Origin: Octopus vulgaris
Lineage: Eukaryota
NCBI GenBank assembly: GCA_951406725.2
Contig: OX597836.1
Coordinates: 3,720,001-3,784,000 of the forward strand
Length of the DNA: 64,000 nt
Direction: 5' to 3'
Shown here: positions 12,030 through 25,650 of the stretch, in pieces
Position numbering within the stretch: position 1 is the stretch's first letter
Layout of the letters: every line of letters starts with the position of its first letter
Program-made: the position numbers and the translations under genes
Notes under the pieces: generated by a model
Told to the model about the DNA's origin: nothing
Seen by the model: only the letters and a program-made list of their open reading frames with translations
The model's database searches: none

Positions 12030-12685
12030 TTCGAGGACGAACACCGACAAGTCGGTAGGCTTGCGATTGGGTCCATGGAGATGGAAGTCCATACCATCGG
12101 ACAGTGTTGTTGGCAGCTGGACTGACGGACCAGTCAAACTGCTGGGAGTTTTGTTCGACTCCAGCCTCCAAGTGGATAAGAATTGGGACGAAGTCACGGA
12201 CAGGGTAGATAACCTTAACCGGAAATGGGCAGGAACGAAGCTATCTTCTGACAGAATGGCAAGAAGTGACGAATGCTTACATCACCTCCATTTTTATTTA
12301 GTGCCTTGCTCCAAATACCACCCGATCAGGCTGCAGCATCTGCTATTTATTTTCTTGCCGAAGGAGCATGCTCCAATAGATAGCGGATCAGTCTACTGTC
12401 ACGACCCTCTGCGTGGATGCTTAGGCTTGTCTGAGATGCGCGCAGAGCGAAGAATCCGTTTTGCAAGCATCCGCTCAGTGCACGGACATTGCCGATCTGT
12501 GGGGTTGTGCCAAACAGCTGCTGTCGCGTGGGGGAGCGGATATGTCTATCGGCCGAGTTCATTGTAATGATTGCACCAGCACCGTCCCTTGACGGGAAGC
12601 TAAGTCAGTTTTCCTCTTCTGGTGGCTTTGGAAAAAGCGGTTGTCTGGTGGTCGAAGTTGAAAGGCACGAGGTCAAAGACATTCC
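12030..12685 (+). mobile_element. Tx1/L1-clade LINE ORF2 fragment (post-RT region), decayed
   Basis: KSVGLRLGPW...WTDGPVKLLGVLF...NWDEV...W..TKLS...FIFL...GCLGL, then ALEKAVVWW in another frame; typical L1/Tx1 motifs with frameshifts. Confidence 0.8.
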
Positions 12686-12809
12686 TCTCCCCCTCTCTCT
12701 CTTTCCCACTCTTTCTCTGTCTCTCTCTTTCTCACTCTCACTCTGTCTCTCTCTCTTTCTCACTCTGTCTCTCTCTCCCGCTCCCTCCCTCACTCTCTTT
12801 CTCTTTCTC

Positions 12810-12855
<46 letters not shown>

Positions 12856-12946
12856 CCTCTCTCTCCCTCTCTCTCTCTCTCTTTCTCACTCTCTCTCTGT
12901 ATATCTCTCTCTCTCTTTCTCACATTCTCTCTGTCTGTCTCTCTTT
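12686..12946. repeat. (CT)n microsatellite
   Basis: Direct reading. Confidence 0.95.
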
Positions 12947-13639
12947 CGTTCTTTGCATAAGCTATAAGAGTTATGTCCCTGCAACAAGTCCAGGAGTTGG
13001 TTCCCTTGAATTCCTAATAACGAAATGTTTTTGTTTTTTAAAAAACTTATTTACGCTGAAATTAAGGTGGCGAAGCGATTGAATTGTTAGCGCGTCGGAC
13101 AAATTACTTTACAGCATTCCTCGTTTACTGGGGTTTCAGTGTAATCAACTAAACCGTCCCTCTTAACCCATTGCCTGCCATGAGTCCCATTTGGCGATCT
13201 GCTAAAAAAACAGTCTCACTGCTGATTGTTCGTTGTATTTAAACCGAATTGCTTATGTACATTGCTTTTGCAGAGATGTGTTTAACAATATTTAGTAATT
13301 AAAGTTTGTATTTGTTTTACTTGTCTCAGCAATTAGACAGCGACTATACTGGGATAGCGCCTTGAAGGAACTGACGTTGTAGGAGATGGCATTTGCCCAA
13401 GGTGCCGTGCAGTAGAACTGAACCCGGAACCATGTGATTGTGAAACAAATTTCTTACCATACAGCCACGCCCAGGAGAAAATAGGTTAAAAAACAGAAAA
13501 ATGTTTTAGAAAAAAAAACCCGTTCCCCATCCGATCAAAGGGGATCATTGAGTTCCCGGTGGAAGAACTTCTCGTTGATATTGCCCATCACATCCACGAT
13601 GGAAACCTTTAAAGATCTTTTGTAAATATGCAGTCGTTA

Positions 13640-13860
13640 AAGGCGGCGAGCTGACAGACTCCTTAGCACGCCGGAAAAAATGATGAGCGGCGTGTCGTTC
13701 GGCTATTTATGTTCTTCTGAGTTCAAATTCCGCCGAGGTCGACTTCGCCTTTCATCCTTTCGGGATCGATGAAAATAAGTACCAGTGAAACACTGGGGTC
13801 GATCTAATCGACTAGTCCCACTCCTTCGAAATTTCTGGTCCTTGTTCTAAAATGTGAAAC
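13640..13860 (+). mobile_element. SINE family A
   Basis: aaggcggcgagctg...gagttcaaattccgccgaggtcgac...catcctttcggg. Confidence 0.85.
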
Positions 13861-14826
13861 CATTATACGGCCATTGGTTGCTCACTCTCTCTCATTGATT
13901 TTCCATCGCAGAGGTCCAGCCCGCTAAATAAAAAGGGAGCTGGGAAGCCATGTGCTAGAGGTCATGTGATCGTGACTTTCTGAGTAGAAAAAGCCACGTG
14001 ATTGGTTACATAGTCCTGTAAGATTACACAAACCCTCTGTGAGCCAAACCACTCGATGCGGGAGTTGTCTACTGTGTCCAAAGCCTTGATGTAGATACTG
14101 GAATTGACCCTGCATGAAGAAGTGAAGTGGAATGTCCGGACTCTCGTTGCCTGCTACACCCAGGGACATCAGATACAACTGGAAGCTGATGCACATCGCT
14201 GTGGGTATCATCGTGGGCTCCACGCAGCGTCATCTATTATTCCTTCTGCTCAGACTAAGACCCTTGTTAAAGTTCTTTACAAAGGGGAATTATCAGAATC
14301 TGAAGGGATTCTCAAGTATTTGAACTTATTAAGTATGCTCTATGAATGGACCTCTCGGTTCTTCTGGGTCAATCGGACTGCTCTCTTCTGATCACAATTT
14401 TTTTATTAATGTCCCCCGATCACACACTCCTTAGCTACACACAAAAAAAAAAAAATGCTAGGAAGGCAGGTTGGTTACCCTCAAACTCTTAAATATATCT
14501 CCATCTGTGAATATACATACTATCAAACAAACATGATTTTTATTGAACTCCTAATACTTTTTGTTGAATATTTTCTTAAAAACTTTCTTGTAAACCGTTT
14601 TTAACATTTTCTTATTATTATCATAGAATGTATATATATTTTTTAATACTTTTGTGAGAACCAGTACTTAACACAACAAAGCTTATACAAAGGTTTTACA
14701 TTCTACTTTTGACAATCTTTTTCTAAAAAAGTGAAACCGGTCAAGTGAATAAACATCTTTAAAATTGCATCTTCAAATCTTCTTTCATATATATTTCCTA
14801 TCGTGCGGCACCTTACAACTTCACTT

Positions 14827-14898
<72 letters not shown>

Positions 14899-14967
14899 TA
14901 TGTTAAATAAAATAAGATAAGGCTAAGGCAATGTGATATTTATAAGACATTTAAAAAGAAAAAGGTG

Positions 14968-15015
14968 ATCTTACAGCTGTTTCAGGGAAATAAATAATAA
15001 ATCATCATCAAAGAC
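14968..15015 (-). ncRNA. Degenerate minimal hammerhead ribozyme in a PLE-like terminal repeat
   Basis: Reverse complement gtct TTGATGA ... GAAAC agct GTA agat, with palindromic stem III (acagctgt) and stem I tct/aga. Core C3 is mutated and stem II has decayed. Confidence 0.45.
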
Positions 15016-15099
15016 GAGTATTGCAATAGAAGAAATTAGTAAAGTTCATTTGTGTGTGTATGTATGTGTTTGTGTATGTGTGTGTGTGTGATTGTGTGC

Positions 15100-15330
15100 G
15101 TGTGTGTGTATGTGGGTATGTGTCTTTGCGTTTGTTCCCTACCACCGCTTGACAACCGGTGTTGGTGTGTTTACGTCCCCGTAACATAGCAGTTCGCTTA
15201 TATAAACGATAAACGTCGGAGGTTTAAAAAGAAAAAAAAATGTACCGGGGACGGTTGATTAGGCAAAACATTCCCCGAGGCGTTGCCCCAGCATGGCCGC
15301 ACTTTAATGACTGAAGCAAGTAAAATAAAA
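15100..15330 (+). mobile_element. SINE family B, 3' half
   Basis: gcttgacaaccggtgttggtgtgtttacgtccccg...cagcatggccgc...atgactgaagcaagtaaaa. Confidence 0.75.
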
Positions 15331-15359
15331 AAAAAAAAAAGGATTTTGTTCGCTGCGCT

Positions 15360-16090
15360 AAAGATTGAGACCAAGGATATAGGAAGTAAGATTAATGACT
15401 GAGAATAAAGACAGAGAATGAAGAGCGAGAATAATGATCGGGAAGAAAGAGAGTGAGAGTAACGAATGAAAGTAAAGAATGAGAATAAAGAGAAAAGTGA
15501 TTAAAGATTGGAGTAAAGACCAAGAGTAAAGACAGGAATTAAAGCTTAAAGAGAATGAATAAATAAAATGCAGACAAAGAATAAAGCTTGATAAAAATGA
15601 GAGAGAATAAAGACTGGAATAAAGAATAAAGGTGTGAATAAATACGGTGAATAAAGAGCAAGATTAATGATTGGATACAAAGAGAAAGAGAATAAAGAAT
15701 GAGAATACATTGAGAGATTAAAGACAGATAATACAGAGAAGAAAGAATGAGAATAAAGACAAATTATGTAAGCTGAAACAAAAGGCAAAAAAATAAAGAC
15801 TGAGAATAAAGTTTGAGAATGAAGAACGAGGATAAAGAGAACGAATGAGAGTTAATAAGAAGGAGGAAGAATAATGCAAAAAAAAGGAGATAAAAAATAG
15901 AGGATAAAAGGTTTAAGAAAAAATAAAAGGAGCATGAAGTAAAGAATAAAGATTGAGAATAAAGACTTAACATTGAGTGTGAAGACTGAGGAATAAATTG
16001 AGAATAAAGTAAGATGAAGACAGGAAATAAGGAGAGGATTAAAGATTTAGAATAAAGAGTGAGAATACGACTTTTATTAAAACAAGAGTA
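15360..16090. repeat. Degenerate purine-rich minisatellite, unit about 13 bp (consensus close to TGAGAATAAAGAC)
   Basis: Many imperfect gagaataaaga units. Confidence 0.65.
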
Positions 16091-16129
16091 ATGATAATAA
16101 TAATAATAATAATAATAATGATAATAATG

Positions 16130-16191
<62 letters not shown>

Positions 16192-16215
16192 AAGAAGAAG
16201 AAGAAGAAGAATAGA

Positions 16216-16273
<58 letters not shown>

Positions 16274-16404
16274 GAGTAGAGACTGAGAGTAAACCTTAGA
16301 AGAGAGATGCGAAGAATGATTGAGAAATGACATAAAACAAAATTAGAAAAGACGAAAAAATTTGTGATAAGTAAAAGGAAACTAGTCCAGGAATTCAACT
16401 TTAG

Positions 16405-16482
<78 letters not shown>

Positions 16483-16515
16483 GTGATGGGGATGATGATG
16501 ATGATGATGATGATA
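16090..16515. repeat. (ATA)n/(GAA)n/(GAT)n microsatellites
   Basis: Direct reading. Confidence 0.95.
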
Positions 16516-16639
16516 AAACTGGCAAAGTTCTTTGAGTAATCTGTCTCCCAGAACACTCCTGATTAGCGAAGTAAGTTGAGAATTAAAACATTAAGAAAAT
16601 GCAAACAGAAATTTAAGTTTTTTTTAAAGAAAGAAAAAG

Positions 16640-16718
<79 letters not shown>

Positions 16719-16734
16719 CGTACGCACACCTTGT

Positions 16735-16802
<68 letters not shown>

Positions 16803-17511
16803 AGACCTTTTCAACTGTAACGATTAAATAATTAAATTTAGAAAAATTAGAAGAAAAGTTTTTTTAAAAGAATATTTCTATAGTAGTGTTCAGATTTAAG
16901 TGGCATTCTGCCTTTCTCTGACTCCCTTGTTTGCACTTGTGTGTTCGAGGTAGTTGTGAGTTCTTGGTAGGGTAGTAGAGGGAAGGCTGGTGAGGAAAGG
17001 GGGTGGGAGAATCTGGGAGTGCCCTGATGGTCGTATTTTGAATGGTCAGTGGCGGCTGGCAGTCTCAGTTCAATTCAGGATTGTTTATAGAATTAGCGTA
17101 GGTGTTATACTAAAAAACATTAGTGACAAACTTAAGGGGTAGGGGGTGGAGAAGAAGAAGAAGAAGAAGAAGAAGAAGAAGAAGGAGAAGGAGAAGATGA
17201 TGGTGATGGTGGTGATGATTATGACGACGATGATGATGATAACGATGATGATGAAGAAGAAGAAGAAGAAGAAGAAGAAGAAGAAGAAGAAGAAGAAGAA
17301 GGAGAAGGAGAGAAGATGGTGGTGATGATGATGACGCCGATGATGATGATAACGATGATGATGAAGAAGAAGAAGAAGAAAAAAACAGAGAAGGAGAATA
17401 TGAATGGGTGTAAATATAGCTATGAAGGGGCTGATTAGTAATGGATTCTATGGAGTGTAGTATTTGTGTGTGTATATATATTTTTTTCTTTTATTCTAAA
17501 GTTGAGGTATA

Positions 17512-18100
17512 TTAATTGTTTGTCGTAGACCCGTTAAGAAGTGGCTTGTATTTTGTAATAAAGAGATTTTCTTTACTTATTCTTTGTCTCGAGGTTGTAT
17601 CGTCCCTAAATTGGTAGAGGGGGAAAATTCTGAAGTTTGGTGTTTTTTTGTTGGCGCAAGTATCTATGTGTTGGCTAAAAGCTATTTTTCTGTTTTGGGG
17701 AATTTTTATCTGGGATCTGTGCAGGGCCATTCGTTTACGCAAACCATTTTTTGTTTGGCCTATGTACTGCTCTTGACACCCGGAGCAGGTTAGTGAGTAT
17801 ATTAGGTTCTCCGAAGCACATGTGAAGTTGCTTTTCACTGTAAACCGTTGTCCCTGTTTGAAGGAGAACTCCGAACCCTCGATTAGATAGTCGCATATCC
17901 CGCAATTGGGTCTTCCACATTTTTTTACTGTCGGCTTCTGTGTTGAAGAGTGAATTCGGGCTTGTGTAAGGAGACTTTTCATGGATCTAGGCTGTCTTTT
18001 GCTTTTTATGATCGTGTGTGTTTGGAGGATTGTGTTCATTCTGTGGTCTTTTTTTAGGAGGGGTATGTTGTGGAGGATGGTGTCGAAGGCTTCGTTATTG
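17512..18100 (-). mobile_element. Penelope-like element, C-terminal GIY-YIG endonuclease fragment with Cys-rich linker (Neptune-like), 5'-truncated at a (TA)n tract
   Basis: Open frame KCGRPNCGICDY...FTCASENLIYSLTCSGCQEQYIGQT...LRKRMALH...H...R..KE..FI.KYKPLLN. LIY/YIG and the R, E, N catalytic-type residues are present. Confidence 0.88.
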
Positions 18101-18133
18101 ATTATATATTATATATATTATATATATTATCGT

Positions 18134-18194
<61 letters not shown>

Positions 18195-18451
18195 TATATG
18201 TATATATATATGTATATATGTATGTTTATGAAATCTATAGAAAAGAAGAATTAAGAAGTTGTTTATAATAAGAAAGATTAAATAGGATTAAAAAAAAACG
18301 AAAATAAGAAATTTAGTAAAGAAATAAATAAAATAGACGAACGCAATTTTAAAAAAATGTAAATAATCGATTTAAAATATATTTGAATAACAAAAGAAAC
18401 CCAAGCAAATTCTGCAACTGCTGCTGCTGCTACTACTGTTAACAACAACAA

Positions 18452-19000
<549 letters not shown>

Positions 19001-19481
19001 AATGAGAAAAGAAAACCCGCTTTAGGTGGTTTTTGGAGTATTTTTGGTACCTGGAGGAAAAGGTGTGTCTTTTGTTCTGTTTACGTGGAGCAAATAAAAT
19101 ATTCTTTATTGGTTTGTGTTGGTATTGAAGTGTACTGTGTGTGTATGGGAAGTGTGTGCGAGCGTCTGTGTGTGTGAGTGCGTGTGTGTGTATGTTTGCA
19201 TTTGTTTCTTCCAGGTGCCGCTAGGTGATAATGTTGTTTTTGGTTTTTAAAATTTTTTTACCAATTTTGTTATTCTTGACGTTTATAACGTTGCTGTTGT
19301 TGTTGTTGGTGGTGGTGGTAATTGTGATGGTGGTGGCGGTAGTGGTGATGGTCATGGTGGGAGTGGCTCAGCTGTTGTTCCTATAAGCAAACATTTCGAG
19401 AATTAGTCGTGATGGCAGTTGTGCTCATCGTTAATGCAATTAGTGTGTTTATGTCTGTCTGTCTGTCTATTTCTGTCTATA

Positions 19482-19640
19482 CCGGAGTAAGCACATAAAT
19501 GTGAAACAAGATGGAAAAAAGAGTACTCAAATACCAGAGGTAGAGTAATATGCTTTATTTAAAAACAGCAGTAATATAAAAGCTGTTACTCAGAGTTTCA
19601 CGTTCCCGTTCGTCGGACAGTTTTTGTTAAAAAACAATGT
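19482..19640 (-). mobile_element. PLE pseudo-LTR/tail with hammerhead (CCGACGA core variant), inverted relative to the downstream ORF
   Basis: Reverse complement of the 53721-53865 copy; hammerhead at 19583-19620. Confidence 0.75.
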
Positions 19641-19657
19641 ATATGTAGGTTTATGCA

Positions 19658-19715
<58 letters not shown>

Positions 19716-19736
19716 CATAGACATATACGTACATAC

Positions 19737-19773
<37 letters not shown>

Positions 19774-19819
19774 AAGACATATACGTACATACGTATATAT
19801 ATATATATATATATATATA

Positions 19820-20224
19820 GTGAAAGGAGTAGTTTATAGAGCCAAGGTGCAAGTGGAAGGCTCATCGGAATACAAGATATACACAGGGGCTTCAGAAAAT
19901 TCATTTAAAACAAGATTTTATTCTCATAAGAATTCTTTTAAATACCCAGAGAACAGAAAGAAAACCAGCCTAGCAAAATATGTCTGGGAACTAAAAGAAA
20001 AGGAAGCCCCACCTTTCAACGTGACATGGAGCATTCTGGACAGGGCGGCACCATACAGGCATGGAGCTTACAAATATAATTTCAAGTGCAGGCTCTGCTT
20101 ATTAGAAAAAATGCATATATTATTCAAAGACAATAATTCTTTGAATCAAAGAAGTGAATTAATGAACTTATGTAGGCACACGGCTAAATTTAAAATGTCG
20201 AATATAAATATACCATATGGATAG
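19820..20224 (+). mobile_element. Penelope-like element GIY-YIG endonuclease fragment (Naiad-like)
   Basis: GVVYRAKV...[20 protein letters not shown]...TSLAKYVWELK...WSIL...CRLCLLEK..IL...LNQRSEL...CRH, the pattern I associate with Naiad-type PLE endonucleases. Confidence 0.85.
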
Positions 20225-21240
20225 AGTATATATTTTGTATTTTGATTTTTTGATTTTGATTTTGACTCTTGAGCGCTACGACGGAACTATAGCAAAGTCT
20301 TATTGTTTCTACATATATATTAGGAAAAACCTACAAACTTTGTTTTCATGTTATTGTATTGCATAAGATTACCTTGATTATTTATATTACCTTGATTATT
20401 TATAAATGACCCAAAATAGGATGTTATATTTTATTTTATATGTCTTTCGTATATATTTTTATTAATGCACCCATTTTTTAAAAGCAATGTTTTTTTTTAA
20501 AAAAAGCAATGTTGTCAAATTTAGAATGTTTATATAAGTTTGTATATAGCAAAGCATATATATTTGTAAGCATGCGTATCTGTATATGTGTAAGTGAAAG
20601 TATGCGTGTGCTTAAGCACGCATACACACGACGGTATGTATATGTATCAATTCGAACTTGTGTATGTATACTGGCCTCTATAGATGTCAATAATATCGCT
20701 ACAAGTTTTCCCCACCCCTCCTTCGTTTCTTTTTTCTCTCTTTCCCTTTCTTTCGTTCCCCCTCCTTGCTCAGTATATGAGAATTGCTACATAGATGAAT
20801 TTTAGCTTGCGTGCGAGACGGTTTGCGTGAATATATGTACACATGCTTTTATGTGTATAATTTAGATTCATATTCATACGTCTGTATATGTATGTATGGC
20901 GTTTACGCGCATCCTTTTGTGTATGTTGATATATATATGTGGATTTTAATATAAATATGTATTGCAGTATTTATAACAGGTTTAATTTCTATGCATTAAT
21001 TTGTACTGTCTTCATTAACGGCAATAGGTTTTTTCCTCGGTTTTTTCCTCGGATTTTATAATTTTATAAGTTTTTATATATATATACATATATTTTTGAC
21101 CTTTTTGTTTATCGCTCGAAGATTGACCGTTTTTTTTTTTTTTTTTTTTTCTAAAGGGCCAATCAAACAAGTCCATTTCTTTTTAAAAGTGTAGCGTTTG
21201 TAAGAGTATAGATTGAATTAATATATATGTTCCATTCTAG

Positions 21241-21290
21241 CAAAAACTGTCTGATGAACGGCAACGAGAAACTCAGAGTAACAGATTTTG
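21241..21290 (+). ncRNA. Minimal type I hammerhead ribozyme in the PLE 3' terminal repeat
   Basis: Stem I caaaaactgt/acagattttg (9 of 10 bp), core CTGATGA at 21251-21257, stem II acg-GCAA-cga, GAAA, palindromic stem III actcagagt, predicted cleavage after GTA at 21278-21280. Confidence 0.8.
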
Positions 21291-21352
21291 TTGAATTTTC
21301 TGCTGCTTAAAATAAAGTATATATATATATATATAGACATATACGTACATAC

Positions 21353-21401
<49 letters not shown>

Positions 21402-21452
21402 CATATACGTACATAAGTAAATATATATATATATAGACATATACGTACATAC

Positions 21453-21491
<39 letters not shown>

Positions 21492-21589
21492 CATATGCAT
21501 ATACACAAACATTTATGTATATATATATTTATAGTTTCCATTATTTTGTCCAACCCCTGTATGTATGTGTGCATGTATATGTTACCAGT

Positions 21590-22200
21590 CGCAATAACAT
21601 GCGACCTGTCTATCTCATGTCGTTTGTGAGCGCTAGCAGTACCGTGCAGTCCAGTGGAACCTGCTGCATGGTTGGGTTGTCGACGCTAAATTGGTAACCC
21701 CACTGAGATTGCTCTGTGAGGAGGGTGACTTGACTCGTTGCAGGATGAAAAACGACGTCTGTGAAATGGCGGATGAAATCAGGAAAGCCAACGGCCATCC
21801 AACACAGGATTAATCCTGCTATGTCTCATGAACATCTGTTGTTCCTGCGGCAATCATCGACAAATTGGTGACTTTGGCAGAGAAAACAGGGTGGCTGCGC
21901 AGAGGATAGTCGGGTTTTCGAGCAATGAGCAGGCAGAAAAGGTTCAGTCAGCGGAGAACTACGAGGATGAGAATGTAGGCACGGTGTACCACACTAACTA
22001 GGAGAGACCCCTAGTCCTTTTTAGGACACCGCTCTCGGGGAAATAAAACTCAGATGTAAGACCTACGACTCGGTGATAACCAATGATGTTGGTCAGGTGT
22101 TCTTTATGAGGTTTCTGTCATCGTGGTTCCTAGAGTGGGACTTGCTGCATGCAAGACCTCTCCTCTGTTTGAAAAGCATCATGCACAGACATCGTTTGGC
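21590..22200 (+). mobile_element. Probable RTE-type LINE 5' region relic; homologous to 55790-56100
   Basis: Shared tgcatggt...ctaaaYtggYaacccca...gtgaggagggtga block; RTE-UTR-like ggggaaataaaactcaga motif. Confidence 0.4.
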
Positions 22201-22289
22201 TTACAAGTAAAGTAGTCAGTATTCATCCATGTGACTGATTCCGAAATGCGTCAGACGATGACCATAACAGAGAAGGAGGAAGCGGCCAT

Positions 22290-22830
22290 TGTGTATGCTT
22301 GTATGCTTGCACGTATGTATGGGTGTATGTATGTATGTATGTATGTATGTATGTATGTATGTATGTATGTATGTATGTGTGTATGTATGTATGTATGTAT
22401 GTATGTATGTATGTATGTATGTATGTATGCATGTATGCATGTATGTATGTATGTATGTATGTATGTATGTGTGTATGTGTGTATGTATGTGTGTATGTGT
22501 GTATGTATGTGTGTATGTATGTATGTATGTATGTATGTATTTGTGTATGTATGCATGTGTGCGTATGTTTCTATGTATGTATGTATGTGTGTATGTATTA
22601 TGTATGTGCGTATATGTGAATCTATGTGTATGTACGTACGTAGTATGTATGTGTGTATATATGTATGTGTATGTATGTATGTGTGTGTATGCATGCATGT
22701 ATGTTTGTATATGTATATGTGTGTGTGTGCATGTGTGTATGTATGTATGTACATACGTATGTACGTATGTATGTACGTATGTATATACGTGTGTGCATGT
22801 ATGTACATATGTATGTATGTATTTATAGAT
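22290..22830. repeat. (TATG)n compound microsatellite
   Basis: Direct reading. Confidence 0.95.
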
Positions 22831-23379
22831 GTGCTCACGCGGGGAAGTCATTGTGCGTAGGGATTTGTATGCTTTGATGTAAGTATGCGTACATATAGAT
22901 TTCTATGTTTATACGTGTGAACACGTACATTACAGCCTAAACACCAGTGATGTTTTGCCTAATTTCACAATTTCATTAATAGATTGTAATAGCAATTTCT
23001 TAATTAACAGTGTTCTTTCAGGTTTAAAATGAAGACCGCGTTTCAAGCCCAGCGGGGATTGTGGCAATTATTTAAATACGAAAATGTCCCAGTGATTGCA
23101 AATATAAACCTGGCTTTATAATCTTTAGATTTCTCTTTATTTCACCATCGAATTTTTCTCTTTTCCTTTTGTTATTACCTTTAACATCACGTTAACGTCT
23201 GTTGACCACCGGATTCTGTATTGTGTGCACTATCTTCTTTCTGCCCCAGGTTATTAGACAAAGCCGACTATGTCTACAGTTACAAAGGTCTTGATAGGCA
23301 CATTCCCAGTGTATTCTTTTGCAGACATCCACACATACATGCGTACATACCTACATACGTACATCTACGTATATTTATA

Positions 23380-23606
23380 GACTATCGCGGGTGTTACATT
23401 TCAAAACCTTCCACATAAATAATTAAAATCCCCCAAAAATATAAATACCTATCGACTGCAGAAATCCACGATATATTGAGGAGTCCGCGATATAAATTTA
23501 CATTTATTAGCCAGAAAAATCCACTATGTATTGAGTGCGCGATCGGTGAAACGCGATGTACTGATTACGCGATAGGTGAACCGCGATACGGCGCGGGATT
23601 ACTGTA
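23380..23606. mobile_element. pogo/Tigger-like MITE relic; related piece at about 600-747
   Basis: Right end ccgcgatacggcgcgggattactgTA, internal gcgataggtgaa, left remnant tatcgcgg. Confidence 0.5.
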
Positions 23607-23689
23607 TACATATATACATACATACATATATATATACATATACATTTACATACGCATATGCAAATATATATATATATATATATATATAT

Positions 23690-23898
23690 TCTTTTCTACT
23701 CACGGCACAAGGCCCGGAATTTTGGGGGAGTGGGGCCAGTCGATTAGATCGACCCCAGTACGCAAATAGTACTTAATTTATCAACCCCGAAAGGATGCAA
23801 GTCAAGGTCGACCTCGAAGTAATTTGAACTGAGAACGTAGAGACGGATGAAATGTCGCTAAGCATTTTGTCCGGCATGCTACCGGTTCTGCTAGCTCG
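23690..23898 (-). mobile_element. SINE family A
   Basis: Reverse complement of the family A sequence seen elsewhere in the window. Confidence 0.8.
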
Positions 23899-23963
23899 CA
23901 GCTTGTGTGCAAATATTGTAGTTTCACAATTGTTTCTTCGCTATCCTTTCAGATTGTTGTTGC

Positions 23964-24040
<77 letters not shown>

Positions 24041-24047
24041 GTTATGT

Positions 24048-24262
24048 AAGACGGCGAGTTGGCAGAATCGTTAGCATGCCGGCTGAAATGCTTAGCGGCA
24101 TTTCGTCCGTACTTACGTTCTGAGTTCAAATTCCGCCAAAGTCTACTTCACCTTTCATCCATTCGGGGTCGGTAAATTAAGTACCAGCGGAGTACTGGGG
24201 TCGATGTAACCGACTCCTCCCGTACCCTCCCCCAAATTTCGGGCCTTGCGCCTAGAGTAAAA
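24048..24262 (+). mobile_element. SINE family A
   Basis: aagacggcgagttggcagaatcgttagc...gagttcaaattccgcc...catccattcggggtc. Confidence 0.85.
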
Positions 24263-24611
24263 AAAAAAGAATATTAAGCTGCTGGTTGGGAACTAAACTG
24301 ACCTGGGATTTTGAAGGAAGATTTTCATTCAGATCCCTAACAAGCAAAAAGTTTGTATCATAGAACCAAGTGTGATCTCGAGCGGATTGGCAACGAATTG
24401 GTTAAGCATGAAGGACATACAACTAGAATTTTCGAGAACGATTCAAATTCTAGGCCTCACTGTCCCCGTGTATCTCTTCTGTCGAAGGCACCTAATTGCG
24501 CTGCGTTTTCCTAATTCTTTTTTTTCCTGATTCTAAATGGTAGTTTGATCGCTTTTATTTCCTAAATACAAATTTTTTAAGCTATAAATAAACTTATATA
24601 TATATAAGAGA

Positions 24612-24645
<34 letters not shown>

Positions 24646-24681
24646 TCTCTCTCTCTCCATATATATGCATATATCTATGCG

Positions 24682-24719
<38 letters not shown>

Positions 24720-24947
24720 CATGTGTGTGTGTTTGTATGTGCGTATGCATAGTTGTATGCATATATATGTGTGTATGCTTGTGTGTATGTATGTATATAT
24801 GTTTTTATGCATAAGTGTATATATAAATATGTAAGACATACATATATATAATATATATATATATGTATGTATGGATTTGTATGTTTGCATATACATTTTA
24901 TACTAACATGTGTATATAAATGCTCATGTATATGTATGTACATATGC

Positions 24948-24978
<31 letters not shown>

Positions 24979-25580
24979 TATATATACGTATACGTATGTA
25001 TCTATATATATGTACGTTTGTGTGTATGAATATGCATACATATGTATGTATATATGTATGTACGTGCGCGTTTGTATGCTTGTATATGTATGTCCCTTCA
25101 AAACAAATTTGCCATACATTTCACTTGCCCATCTATTGCCAGCTTGATTTGAATAAACTTCTCATCTACAGTCATTTGACTCAAATAAACGTATCATTTC
25201 TCTCCTCAACAAATAAATCATTTCCTCACATAGATTTTTTGCAACAACCATTAATTATTTTCTTCATTTCTAGTCCGACGTTCCTTGTCATCCTAAACAG
25301 CTTGTCAATCAGACGATATACGCCGCCATTATTTGAAATATCTTTTCTCTGTAACATATTTGCTTTAACTGTACTCTATCGATACTTTCCTAACTCTATA
25401 GCCTCAAATTTTGTATGTAACCTCCCTTTAATTTTCGATTTCTCATCCTAAACCGTCCTTTATCCTTTCTTTCTCCATCACTTCTACCACTTTTCTGATA
25501 AATTACTTTTTATTGATAGTTCTAAGTGACAATCATAGCCCGCCATTGCTATGAAGCTGTTTATTATATCGTGTTATATA

Positions 25581-25650
<70 letters not shown>

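Noticed and set aside
14100-14395. Short ORFs and a minus-strand QKRAVRL motif suggestive of a LINE C-terminus
   Set aside because: A single short motif followed by stops; not enough to classify
23022-23121. Acceptor-like site followed by ATG ORF MKTAFQAQRGLWQLFKYENVPVIANINLAL
   Set aside because: Only 30 aa, no convincing donor, no recognisable homology
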